Shown here: positions 14,964 through 24,200 of the stretch, in pieces
Numbering within the stretch: the first letter of the stretch is position 1
How the letters are laid out: every line of letters begins with the position of its first letter
Source of the DNA: a virus
Taxonomy: Duplodnaviria; Heunggongvirae; Uroviricota; Caudoviricetes
Virus record (IMG/VR): IMGVR_UViG_3300025018_000115
Location: 1-33,362 of that record
Strand: one strand, 5' to 3'
Length of the DNA stretch: 33,362 nt
Position numbers and translations under genes: made by a program
The notes under the pieces: model-generated
What the model was told of the DNA's origin: nothing
The model's input: only the letters and a program-made list of their open reading frames with translations
Databases searched by the model: none

Positions 14964-15332
14964 ATGAGAAACAATTGGGATGACAGAAAGTCACACAAAC
15001 TAGATCAGGAGGAAAGAGATTTCATTTTTGAGATGACAGAGGATTTTATAACACCACGTAACATAGCAAGATATATGGGGTACTCAACATCTACCGTTCT
15101 TAACATCCTGAACCCAGGGAAAAGAAAAGAGATACAGATGAAATGGAACCAAAAAAATAGGGCTAGAGTAAAGAGGTCGGTCGATTTGTACCAAAAGAAA
15201 TATAAGAAGAGAGTTAATAAGAGATGTATTGATTGTAATAAGCTTATTTCTGTAGTTTCAACAAGATGCATGAGTTGCGCCTCTTCAGAAAGATCTAAGA
15301 AAATGTGGAAAAAAAGAAAATTATTAAAGTAA
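14964..15332 (+). CDS. HTH + Zn-ribbon DNA-binding protein
   Basis: PRNIARYMGYSTSTVLNIL (HTH) and CIDC...RCMSC. Confidence 0.7.
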   Translation: MRNNWDDRKSHKLDQEERDFIFEMTEDFITPRNIARYMGYSTSTVLNILNPGKRKEIQMKWNQKNRARVKRSVDLYQKKYKKRVNKRCIDCNKLISVVSTRCMSCASSERSKKMWKKRKLLK

Positions 15333-15339
15333 AAAAAAT

Positions 15340-15642
15340 ATGAACAATGAAGTATATATCATCACTGATGGGTGCCTGTGGGAACAGAATAAACAAAATT
15401 CTACGTACTATCCTCACGCCATCGAAGTCGTCAACATCGAAACGGGTCAGGTTAGATACATTAAAAGCGGATCCAAAATCACCTTTGTCGAAGGCGAAAT
15501 CACGGAAAACAGGTCGCAAGAAACGTACAACAAAACGTCTTCCCAAGTGTCCGGTGATAATGAAGCTAAGCTACACGCAAGAAAAAGCAAAGGCAAAGGC
15601 GGAAAGAGACTCCCACCTACATCTAAAGCTAAGGGGGTATAA
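15340..15642 (+). CDS. hypothetical protein (100 aa)
   Basis: ATG 7 nt after the upstream stop; N-terminal half looks globular. Confidence 0.6.
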   Translation: MNNEVYIITDGCLWEQNKQNSTYYPHAIEVVNIETGQVRYIKSGSKITFVEGEITENRSQETYNKTSSQVSGDNEAKLHARKSKGKGGKRLPPTSKAKGV

Positions 15643-15703
15643 ATGTGAATTCTGCCCGCACTGGCATTTAACAAAACAAAAAAACAAAATCTCATTACAT
15701 TAA
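15560..15703 (+). CDS. small Zn-binding protein (RGYKCEFCPHWHLT)
   Basis: C-terminal part of the 15347..15703 ORF; the R.Y.C..C..WHLT motif is typical of small phage proteins; start uncertain. Confidence 0.55.
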   Translation: MKLSYTQEKAKAKAERDSHLHLKLRGYKCEFCPHWHLTKQKNKISLH

Positions 15704-15705
15704 TT

Positions 15706-16014
15706 ATGAAAAAACCAAGAGAATTAACAAGAGAGGAGGTGAGAGATAATTTCCTAGAACATGTACGCAAAATAGTCGAGTATTGGGGTAAATTAGACGC
15801 ACCAGTCGTCGATAGACTAGGGGGGGTTGCATTCAGCATGTTGGCGGCGTTTGATGGGTGTAGTGAATTACCAGCTTTCATATTGGCGCCTCGGCCACAT
15901 CCAGAAGATAAAGAATACAATATTGGTGAAGGAGATAATTATTATCCAGAAAATAACAAAGAAGTTAATTGTGATATCTCGGGAGAGTTACACGAGAATT
16001 TCTTTAAAGAATAA
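15706..16014 (+). CDS. phage hypothetical protein (102 aa)
   Basis: ORF track; tight packing. Confidence 0.75.
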   Translation: MKKPRELTREEVRDNFLEHVRKIVEYWGKLDAPVVDRLGGVAFSMLAAFDGCSELPAFILAPRPHPEDKEYNIGEGDNYYPENNKEVNCDISGELHENFFKE

Positions 16015-16015
16015 T

Positions 16016-16264
16016 ATGTTACAAAAACTAAAAGAAGAAATAGACACTTTTGTTAGAGACCTAACACGGGTAGCGCCCCTGCCAAAATCAGAAGTGAGGA
16101 GACGAATACAAGAAATCATAGATCTCACATCCGATAATGAACGAAAAAGAATGATTGACATGATAGAACTATGGTCGTGTTCAGACTCAGAAAAATACAG
16201 AATCAAAGAAGATATATTTATGTTTATAAAGAAACGCGAAAACTATATAAAAAAACAAATATGA
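16016..16264 (+). CDS. hypothetical helical protein (82 aa)
   Basis: start moved to ATG 16016, 1 nt after the upstream stop. Confidence 0.7.
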   Translation: MLQKLKEEIDTFVRDLTRVAPLPKSEVRRRIQEIIDLTSDNERKRMIDMIELWSCSDSEKYRIKEDIFMFIKKRENYIKKQI

Positions 16265-16602
16265 CCAATTTACAACAACTAAAGGAGGGGATAAAGAAAG
16301 ACTACAGGGCTTTGCTTGAAAGCTTTAACATAAATAGTGTAAAACCAAGTAAGAATGAAGTTGAAGTGGAGAGTGCTGTTGAACATTTTATAGACCAAAT
16401 CATAGACCGCACAACAGCTTACGTTCTAGAAGAAGTGAAATTAGAAAAAGCAATATGTAAAAGAACAAGACGAGGTGCTTGGATAGTAGAATACAACGGC
16501 ACTCACGCCACTTTTGGAGAATTAAAAAAGGCTAGAGAATTTTGTGCAGGATATAACCAAGCGAGACAGGATATATCAGCAGTTAATAAGTTAAAAGAAT
16601 AA
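16261..16602 (+). CDS. hypothetical protein (113 aa)
   Basis: start moved to ATG 16261 (ATGA overlap with the upstream stop). Confidence 0.7.
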   Translation: MTNLQQLKEGIKKDYRALLESFNINSVKPSKNEVEVESAVEHFIDQIIDRTTAYVLEEVKLEKAICKRTRRGAWIVEYNGTHATFGELKKAREFCAGYNQARQDISAVNKLKE

Positions 16603-16604
16603 AT

Positions 16605-16853
16605 ATGAAAGTAATTTTAAGAATAACAGGGGGGATAACAAGTAAAACTATAGATATACCTGAAAGGCTAGTGATGACAGAGTTCAAAGTGCCATTACGC
16701 CCTAAAATGTCTTTAGTTTCAATGATTAAAGAACCAATGCAAGAAATGATAACACCTGAAACTACCCAAAACAAAGCCCTGATATTCAGATGGAACAGAA
16801 AAGATAAATGGGGTGGAAAATTACCAATAATGGATTTAGAAGATTATTATTAA
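16605..16853 (+). CDS. hypothetical protein (82 aa)
   Basis: ORF track. Confidence 0.7.
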   Translation: MKVILRITGGITSKTIDIPERLVMTEFKVPLRPKMSLVSMIKEPMQEMITPETTQNKALIFRWNRKDKWGGKLPIMDLEDYY

Positions 16854-16923
16854 CTAAAGAAGAATAACAAAGCAGGATTAGTCCCCGTTGAAAGAGTTTA
16901 TTTCAGAAAATAACTAACCACCT

Positions 16924-17103
16924 ATGAACACACAAAAAGAACTTTTTTCGCCACAATTTGAAGCCATATTCCCTACTATTGATGAGACGATTAAAAACAT
17001 ACATCCTGACATAAGAGTCCGAAAAGTCTATGCTTTTTTACGAACAAAGGGATTATCGGAAGAAGAAGCAAGGGAATATATAAATGAATTAAAATCTAAC
17101 TAA
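16924..17103 (+). CDS. micro-protein (59 aa, MNTQKELF...)
   Basis: translated by hand; its start lies within a 25-bp repeat shared with the next gene. Confidence 0.65.
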   Translation: MNTQKELFSPQFEAIFPTIDETIKNIHPDIRVRKVYAFLRTKGLSEEEAREYINELKSN

Positions 17104-17109
17104 TCCCCT

Positions 17110-17589
17110 ATGAACACACAAGACTATGACAATGATGGAAACAATATAGTACCTTGCCCAATTTGCTTGAGTAAGTATTGCCCCAGCAAAGACAATGGCA
17201 AATGCCCCGAAGAAGATGAATTTGCAAAAGCTATGACCACACCACATAAGGAGAAATGCAAAAAAATAATTATTAACCACGATACAGCGGGCAATCCTGT
17301 TTATGGTTTAGAGTGTTACTGTGGTACAACTTGCCAACACATAGATTTAACTCAAACACATAAGGAGAATGAGGAGATAGCAGAAATATGCCTAGACGGG
17401 CAAATATCAGAACACCTTACAAATAAATTAATTCGCAAGTTTACTGAGCAAAAACTCTCCACCCTCCAAGACATAAAGAAATGGGCGGAGGAGAGAAACA
17501 AAGAGTGTTATGTTGTTGAGTATAGGATAGCAATGCAAGACCTCCTTTCCCGCATAGAGGAGCAAGAGAAATTAATAAATAAAGAATAA
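17110..17589 (+). CDS. Cys-containing hypothetical protein (159 aa)
   Basis: CPIC...C...C, CYCG. Confidence 0.7.
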   Translation: MNTQDYDNDGNNIVPCPICLSKYCPSKDNGKCPEEDEFAKAMTTPHKEKCKKIIINHDTAGNPVYGLECYCGTTCQHIDLTQTHKENEEIAEICLDGQISEHLTNKLIRKFTEQKLSTLQDIKKWAEERNKECYVVEYRIAMQDLLSRIEEQEKLINKE

Positions 17590-17783
17590 TGAAAAATTTA
17601 AATTTTGTAATAGGGATTATTGTAGTAATTATCAGCTTTGCGATAGCAGCATATATCTTTGTAGATAAAAATACCTGCTACGAAAAATACTCAGCTGGTT
17701 ACTCGTTAGGCTACACTACTATCGGAGGATGTAAGGTTGATATTAATGGGGAAATGATACCAGTTAATAAGATAAAAAATTAA
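17589..17783 (+). CDS. small single-TM protein (64 aa)
   Basis: hydrophobic N-terminal helix. Confidence 0.7.
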   Translation: MKNLNFVIGIIVVIISFAIAAYIFVDKNTCYEKYSAGYSLGYTTIGGCKVDINGEMIPVNKIKN

Positions 17784-17793
17784 AGGAATTAAA

Positions 17794-18141
17794 ATGAAAA
17801 AATACGACAGAGAAACAAAGAAGTGGGTCGAAGAAGATGTTATAAAAAATAAATTTGCAAAACGCAAAACCTGTAAGGGCGGCAGGGAGCATGATTTTAT
17901 ACTTACGCTTCCGCCCTATATTCACACAAGAAACAGCCTTCTCGGGATAGAAGTGGCAGAAGAATATTACAGGATAGAAGAAGAGATGGAGACTGCGATA
18001 GATGTTTATATTGAAAAGAAAACCAAAGCGATGAAAGAACTTGGGATAGAATCAAATTACGGGTCAATTAGAAGCTTTGGAAGAAATATCGGTAGGTACT
18101 ATATCTGTTCAGTTTGTAAGAAAACTAAAAATGTTTACTAA
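17794..18141 (+). CDS. hypothetical protein with a split Zn-ribbon (C...H / CxxC)
   Basis: TCKGGREHDF ... YICSVCKK. Confidence 0.7.
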   Translation: MKKYDRETKKWVEEDVIKNKFAKRKTCKGGREHDFILTLPPYIHTRNSLLGIEVAEEYYRIEEEMETAIDVYIEKKTKAMKELGIESNYGSIRSFGRNIGRYYICSVCKKTKNVY

Positions 18142-18142
18142 T

Positions 18143-18238
18143 ATGGATATGAAAATAGCAGCCGTAGTAGGATTATTAACATGGGGGATATTAATAGCGT
18201 CGTTGCTGAAGTTTATAGGAACGTCGTGTCACATATAA
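18143..18238 (+). CDS. single-TM micro-protein (31 aa)
   Basis: translated by hand: MDMKIAAVVGLLTWGILIASLLKFIGTSCHI; fills the gap exactly. Confidence 0.55.
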   Translation: MDMKIAAVVGLLTWGILIASLLKFIGTSCHI

Positions 18239-18239
18239 A

Positions 18240-19397
18240 ATGGATAAAATAAAAACATTCATCCCATGGGATGAGATAGAAAAAGAAGCTCAGGATCAAA
18301 TAAAAGAAACATCATCAATGCCTTTTATTTTTAGACATGTTGCAGTAATGCCAGACTGTCATTACGGGAAGGGGTCAACGGTGGGTACTGTTATAGCAAC
18401 GCAGGGAGCGATTATTCCAGCCGCAGTTGGAGTAGATATCGGGTGTGGAATGATTGCTGTTAAAACAAATCTTAACTACAAAGAGCTAGTTGACATCCCG
18501 GCATTACGTCATTCGATTGAGAGGTCTGTGCCAATGAGTGCAGGTAAGTACAATAACAAAATAAGCGAGTCTGCTCAGAAAAGAATAGATGAACTTGAGG
18601 TGCTAGAACATACAGATAGAGTTCGTGGTAATTGGCAGAATCAACTAGGAACACTTGGTGGAGGAAATCACTTTATAGAAATATGTTACGACGAGGAAGG
18701 ATCAATGTGGGTGACTCTTCATTCTGGATCTAGAGGTGTCGGAAACAAAGTTGGGAACACCTATATTAAAATTGCACAGAAGATATGCAAGGACATGTTT
18801 GTAAGTTTGCCTAACGATGACCTTGCATATATTCCAGAAGGGCACGTTGAGTTTGATAATTACATGAAGGATCTAAAATGGTCACAGAGATTTGCAATGC
18901 TTAACAGGGAAGAAATGATGGACAGAGTTTTGAAAGATGTTAGTTATGCGTTCTTCGGAGAGAACGGGCATCAGGAAGAATTTGAGATCGAAAGAATAAA
19001 TTCACACCATAACTTCACACAGGTAGAGGACCATATGGGAGGAAGGGCATGGATAACAAGAAAAGGGGCAATAGAAGCATCTGAAGGGAAGAAGGCTATG
19101 ATCCCTGGGTCTATGGGAACAAGAAGTTATATTGTTATTGGAAAGGGGGAAGAAACATCTTTTTGTTCAGCCCCACATGGCGCAGGAAGAAGAATGAGTC
19201 GAACAAAGGCCAGGGAGATATTTACCGAAAAAGATCTTGATGAGTCAATGAACGGAATTGAATATCGAAAATCGAAAGTCCTTATTGATGAAATACCAGG
19301 AGCATATAAGGATATAGACCAAACGATAGAGTACGCAAAAGAACTTGTTGGTGTCGAACATAAGTTGAAGCAGATATTAAATTGTAAGGGTGATTAA
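18240..19397 (+). CDS. rtcB: RtcB family RNA ligase (3'-phosphate / 2',3'-cyclic phosphate ligase)
   Basis: MPDCHYGKG, GVDIGCGM, GTLGGGNHFIE, HSGSRG, HHN, RKGA, PGSMGT, SAPHGAGR, DEIPGAYKDI are all intact. Confidence 0.96.
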   Translation: MDKIKTFIPWDEIEKEAQDQIKETSSMPFIFRHVAVMPDCHYGKGSTVGTVIATQGAIIPAAVGVDIGCGMIAVKTNLNYKELVDIPALRHSIERSVPMSAGKYNNKISESAQKRIDELEVLEHTDRVRGNWQNQLGTLGGGNHFIEICYDEEGSMWVTLHSGSRGVGNKVGNTYIKIAQKICKDMFVSLPNDDLAYIPEGHVEFDNYMKDLKWSQRFAMLNREEMMDRVLKDVSYAFFGENGHQEEFEIERINSHHNFTQVEDHMGGRAWITRKGAIEASEGKKAMIPGSMGTRSYIVIGKGEETSFCSAPHGAGRRMSRTKAREIFTEKDLDESMNGIEYRKSKVLIDEIPGAYKDIDQTIEYAKELVGVEHKLKQILNCKGD

Positions 19398-19402
19398 AGA
19401 TT

Positions 19403-19888
19403 ATGAAAATGAAATGTGAAGGGTGTAAAAAAGAAGTTGAAAGAACAAGTAATAGTCAGAGGTACTGTAATAAAAAATGCCGCACATCTTGTTATTACAA
19501 AAGAATAAGGGAGAAGTCAAATCTGTATCAAAGAGAGAGGTGGTACAGAAAAAACATCGCAACAAAAAAGAACAAAATCAAGTGTGAGGTTTGCGGTCGT
19601 TCATATAGACAGGTCGGGTCACACATAACGCAGAGACATGGAATGACAGCAAGAGAGTACCGCGAGGAGTACGGTTTTGATGTGAAGAGAGGTCAGTTGC
19701 CAGAAGATTTGCGCCAACATAAGGCAGAAAAAACAAGAGAGAATGGCACAATAGAAAATCTAAAGAAAGGTAAGAAGTTCTGGCTTAAGAAGGGTGAGAG
19801 TATCCCGTACATTAGAAGTCAGCAGACATTGGATAGGTTAAAAAATAATTTTAAGAGAAATGAAAAACAAACAAAAAAGAAAAAATAG
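19403..19888 (+). CDS. Zn-finger + Ros/MucR-like domain protein
   Basis: CEGC...YCNKKC; CEVCGRSYRQVGSHITQRHGMTAREYREEYG. Confidence 0.8.
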   Translation: MKMKCEGCKKEVERTSNSQRYCNKKCRTSCYYKRIREKSNLYQRERWYRKNIATKKNKIKCEVCGRSYRQVGSHITQRHGMTAREYREEYGFDVKRGQLPEDLRQHKAEKTRENGTIENLKKGKKFWLKKGESIPYIRSQQTLDRLKNNFKRNEKQTKKKK

Positions 19889-20684
19889 AAATGTTGAATA
19901 TGAAATAGAATATGAAGATGCCCCATCAGGGAATATTACGTTTTATAACTATAAGGAACCACTTATGGAATATCGTGACGGTTTTGGTTATGTTGGCGCC
20001 ATTATCTTCGACGGAGAGTCAGACAAAATACAATGCCATATATGCGGTGAATGGTTTGCAAATCTTGGACGACATATCGGTCCATCTCACCAGATAACGG
20101 CATATGATTATAAAGAGATGGTGGGGTTGAATCAATCAACAGCTTTGATTAATGAGTCAACAAGAGAAAAACTTATTCGAAAAAACATGAAGAAGAGAAA
20201 GGCCAATCTTAGACCCGGAGGCAAAAAGAGCAAAGAAGTTAGAGCAAAAATAAGTGAGACATTAAAGCGATTAAATGCTGAAAAGAAAAATCTTCGAAAT
20301 ACATGTCCTGCTCAGTTGATAGAAAGACTGCAGAAGCAAGCGAGAGAGGAGGGCCGAACTCCATATTCAAAAAGCGTTCCTTTTATCGCTGCACTATGTA
20401 AGACTTTCGGGTCATATCAAGAGTCCTGCAAGATAGCGGGTATTAAGGCAAGAAAACCTGGTCAAACAGAAAGGACAGCATATAAGTTTTCAGATAATTT
20501 TGAGTTTACAGATAAGCAGTTTTTGAAATTGATTGTTGATTTTGTAAAAAGAGAAAAACGTCTTCCTAGCTTTTCTGATTCACGTAGAGGGTTGTTCCCA
20601 TACAGAAAGGAGTATATAGAAAGGTTTGGAACATGGAAAAAAGCAGTGAAGTTATCAGGGGTAAAAATAATTAGACATGAGTAG
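19860..20684 (+). CDS. Ros/MucR-like domain + NUMOD3-like motif + two homing-endonuclease-associated repeats
   Basis: CHICGEWFANLGRHIGPSHQITAYDYKEMVGL; KSKEVRAKISETLK; FGSYQESCKIAG and FGTWKKAVKLSG. Confidence 0.75.
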   Translation: MKNKQKRKNRNVEYEIEYEDAPSGNITFYNYKEPLMEYRDGFGYVGAIIFDGESDKIQCHICGEWFANLGRHIGPSHQITAYDYKEMVGLNQSTALINESTREKLIRKNMKKRKANLRPGGKKSKEVRAKISETLKRLNAEKKNLRNTCPAQLIERLQKQAREEGRTPYSKSVPFIAALCKTFGSYQESCKIAGIKARKPGQTERTAYKFSDNFEFTDKQFLKLIVDFVKREKRLPSFSDSRRGLFPYRKEYIERFGTWKKAVKLSGVKIIRHE

Positions 20685-20943
20685 AATAGAAACATTAATC
20701 TCAACAATGGGCAGTGAAAACATAGAAAGATATGATGATTTTAGAAGGAATATTTCGACAGTGGCAAAAGAGGCAAGGAAAAGAAGTAAAAAAACACAAA
20801 AGGAATTATCTTCTGATATGGGAACATCACAGCCGTACATATCAAGAGTTGAGAGTGGCGATATTATTCCAAGTGTAAAAACATTATTTGTTTGGATGAG
20901 TAAAACAGGGTTTGACATGTCTATTAACATAAGAAAAATATGA
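20677..20943 (+). CDS. XRE-family HTH protein
   Basis: ARKRSKKTQKELSSDMGTSQPYISRVESG. Confidence 0.88.
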   Translation: MSRIETLISTMGSENIERYDDFRRNISTVAKEARKRSKKTQKELSSDMGTSQPYISRVESGDIIPSVKTLFVWMSKTGFDMSINIRKI

Positions 20944-21254
20944 AAAGCATAAAACCTGAACAATTGTGGAAAAATGTCGCAATCAATGCTGGTGTTATGG
21001 ATATCGGAGCCGTAAAGGATATCTACTATGCATTGATTAGAACTATTTCACAAGAACTAAAAACAAATCAAGAGGTATTCCTCCCCGACTGGGGGAAGTT
21101 TGCTCTGCGCATACACAAATCTAGAAGATCAATTAATGTCAATACAGGTACTGAGATAATAATTCCCCCTAAACCTACGGTAAAATTTTATCCAAGCTCA
21201 AAGGTAAAAGATTATTTTAAGGAATTCGGCGGTTTAGAAAACGAAGGACTATGA
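20940..21254 (+). CDS. HU/IHF-family DNA-binding protein
   Basis: V.LPDWGKF...R.SINVNTGTEIIIPPKPTVKFYPS. Confidence 0.88.
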   Translation: MKSIKPEQLWKNVAINAGVMDIGAVKDIYYALIRTISQELKTNQEVFLPDWGKFALRIHKSRRSINVNTGTEIIIPPKPTVKFYPSSKVKDYFKEFGGLENEGL

Positions 21255-21268
21255 TATAATATTGACGT

Positions 21269-24200
21269 ATGGCAACCATTGAAGAACTACAGAAAAAGGC
21301 AAAAAGTCTCCAATCTAGTTTGGGGAGTTCTACAACTGCATATGCTCCCAACACAGCTCCATCAAAGAGTGATGTTAGTTTAGATTCTCAATTAAGTTCT
21401 GTAAATCAGCAAATTTCTGACCTAAGAAGCAAGGGGATAAGAAACAGTTGGTATGGGAACGACACCACTGGTGGAGATAACCAGTCTCCACCTGACGGTG
21501 CTGTTGTTAAGGTACTGAAGGCTCTTAGTCTACCAATGAACGCTGTTGTTGGAACAGCTCAATATGCACTCGGAAAGGGAACAAGAAGCAGCCTTGCTGA
21601 CAATGTCAATAATGCCATGAAGACTGGGTTATCCTCTGGTGATGTTTTGAAGCAGTTGGGGGTAAATAACAGGGCTGTTCAAATACCTCTTGGGTTTGCT
21701 CTTGATGTTATGTTAGATCCGGTAAACTGGGCAACAGCTGGTGTTGGAGCCTTAATTCCAAGGGCGGGGACAGGGCTCATAAAGGGCGCAGTACGCGATG
21801 GGGCAAAAGGGGCACTAAAAGGAGTTACCTCTGCAATAGAATCGGGGGTAGAGAGAAAAGCCGCATCAGCTATGGGTTTTGTTCCTCTTGTCAGGAAAAT
21901 TTCGAACGTTGCACCCAAGGTTGCTGAAGAGGGAATTCCTCTTTCGTTTATGGATAAGTATAGGAATACCCTTATTAAAGGGAGTGATAAGTTTGTAAAA
22001 GCAACAGATAAGGTTGGCGAGAGAGCAATAAAATCAGCTGATAAATTTGATTCAGTTGTTGGAACTGATGTTTATGACAGAATAGGGAAAGGAATAGGAT
22101 TTGGAATTGCCCCAACTTCACAGACGGTTTCTAATTTTGCGGAAAATACAATTAAAAAAGTCTTACCAGGAGAGAAAGGGGAAAAATTCATTGACTTCTT
22201 TAAGTATTCGACAAAAGAGGCTGATGACGTTGCTGATTTAAAAGACAAGATAACAAAGCTCGCGAAAGATAAGGGGGTTATGCTTGTTAGAAGTGAAAAT
22301 GGAGCGCAGTTTAAAACAATTGATGAGGGATTGAAAGCCATGAAAGAGGGAACCTCAATAGCTGATAAGACAGGAGAAGTGATGAAGGTCGCCGTAAAAG
22401 ATGCTGACGGAGTGCTTACTGACACTTTTAAAAATGGAGTTAAGGTTTTTGATAATAAAGAAAATGCGATATCCCTTCTAGAAACAGCTGCAGAAGACTA
22501 CAATCTAAAACATTTGGACAAAGTGTATGAAGCCGTTGCCCCAGGAAAAACTGGTGTAAAGTGGTATGACAATGTGATTGATAAGCTAAAATCTACGACA
22601 GTTGATGATATTTTAAATAGAAGACTAGGCCCTGGGGTTGATGCTGTCCAGTTTGTAGAAAAGGAGGCAAATCAACTTGTTGATACTTGGAACTCATATA
22701 ATAAGATAAAAGATCTTAAACCACTTGAGAAAATCTTGGACGGTTATTCTTCATATATTTCTTTATCCAAAGCAGCAAAGGTCCCAATGAACGTTGGTTC
22801 TCATGTTGTTGCTAATATAGGAAACTTTTTCATGGGAGCTATGATGGGACTACCTGTTTATAAGCCTGGTTATTACACGTCAGTGAAAAAAGCAAGTAGT
22901 CTGGTGAAGGGTAAGTTGAGCGCAAAAGGATTACAGGAAATGTTTTTCAACGACATAAACTCAATGGCTGACATGTTAGATAACAATCCGACCAGATTTA
23001 GACAGCTGACAGGTATTGATCCGGTAGAAATAACTGGAAAAATTAATGTTGAAGATCGTGTTCTCGGGGCCATGGGGACATCAAGAGAAGATGTCCTTTC
23101 TTTTCTTAAGGGCGCTCAGTCTAGAATAGAAAATGAAGCAGCTATGGCAAAAATGGCAGCAGAGAAATCAAGGGATTTATCTAAGGCTGACAGTAAAATA
23201 CTGAAAGACAAAATGGGTCGGTATTCAACCGCTTCTGAAACAGCAGCTTCAATGTCTGACGTGGCTCCGCTTACAGCCCCTGAACTTCCAACATCATTCG
23301 TTGGTGCAGAAATAACGCCAAATAAGAAATTAGATAAACTGAAAGCATGGGTAGCTGCAGAGGCAGAAAACAAACCATATAACCCTGCCGTTAGAGCAGC
23401 GGATGTTTTGTTGAACACTATGCCAAGATGGTATGAACATGTTGACCAATCATGGAAAATAGGAACAACAAATTATCTAACACAGATCGGTCTTACAGAA
23501 CAAGAGTTGGTAACATTGAGTCGAACAATCCCAATAACAAAAGCAGATATACTTGCGCCAGCAATAAAAAACGGGGAGAGGTTATATAAACTTACACCTC
23601 TTAAGGCATCAGAAGTAGCAATGGAAGCATATATGAACTATGCCGCTATGCCTGATTTCGTTAAGGTTGTGAGGGCTCTCCCTGTTGTAGGATCACCATT
23701 CTTCTCATTCCCGTACGCCATGGCTGCAAAAACAGCAAAGACAGCAATTGATAATCCAGCAATCTTTAATAAGGTTGGGTCGTTAATTAACGAAATGAAT
23801 GTCGGTAGAACACCACAAGAAAAACAAGCTCTTGATGAAAAATATAATGAATACTTAAAATCACCAACTGTCGTAAAAATGGCCGGAATGTGGAATACCG
23901 ATGTAAAAAACTTTGTTCCTTATTACACGATGAACATGTTTAACCCATCAGAAAGAGATTACGGTGATTCAATCCAGGGAAAGATGTTGAATCTTTCAGA
24001 CAAGTTCCCATTCCTTCAGGACCCGATTGGGCAGGTCGTTAAAGATTACGTCTTAACTCCGTGGGTTCTTTCTGGAACAGGGCAGACACCACAGGGAGGT
24101 TTTGGACAACCTCTATATCCAAATTTTGATGAAAGTGGTAATCCTGTGGATGTGGGACTTGGAACTAAAGCGTTCTACGCAGGAAGATCAGCAGTAGAAT

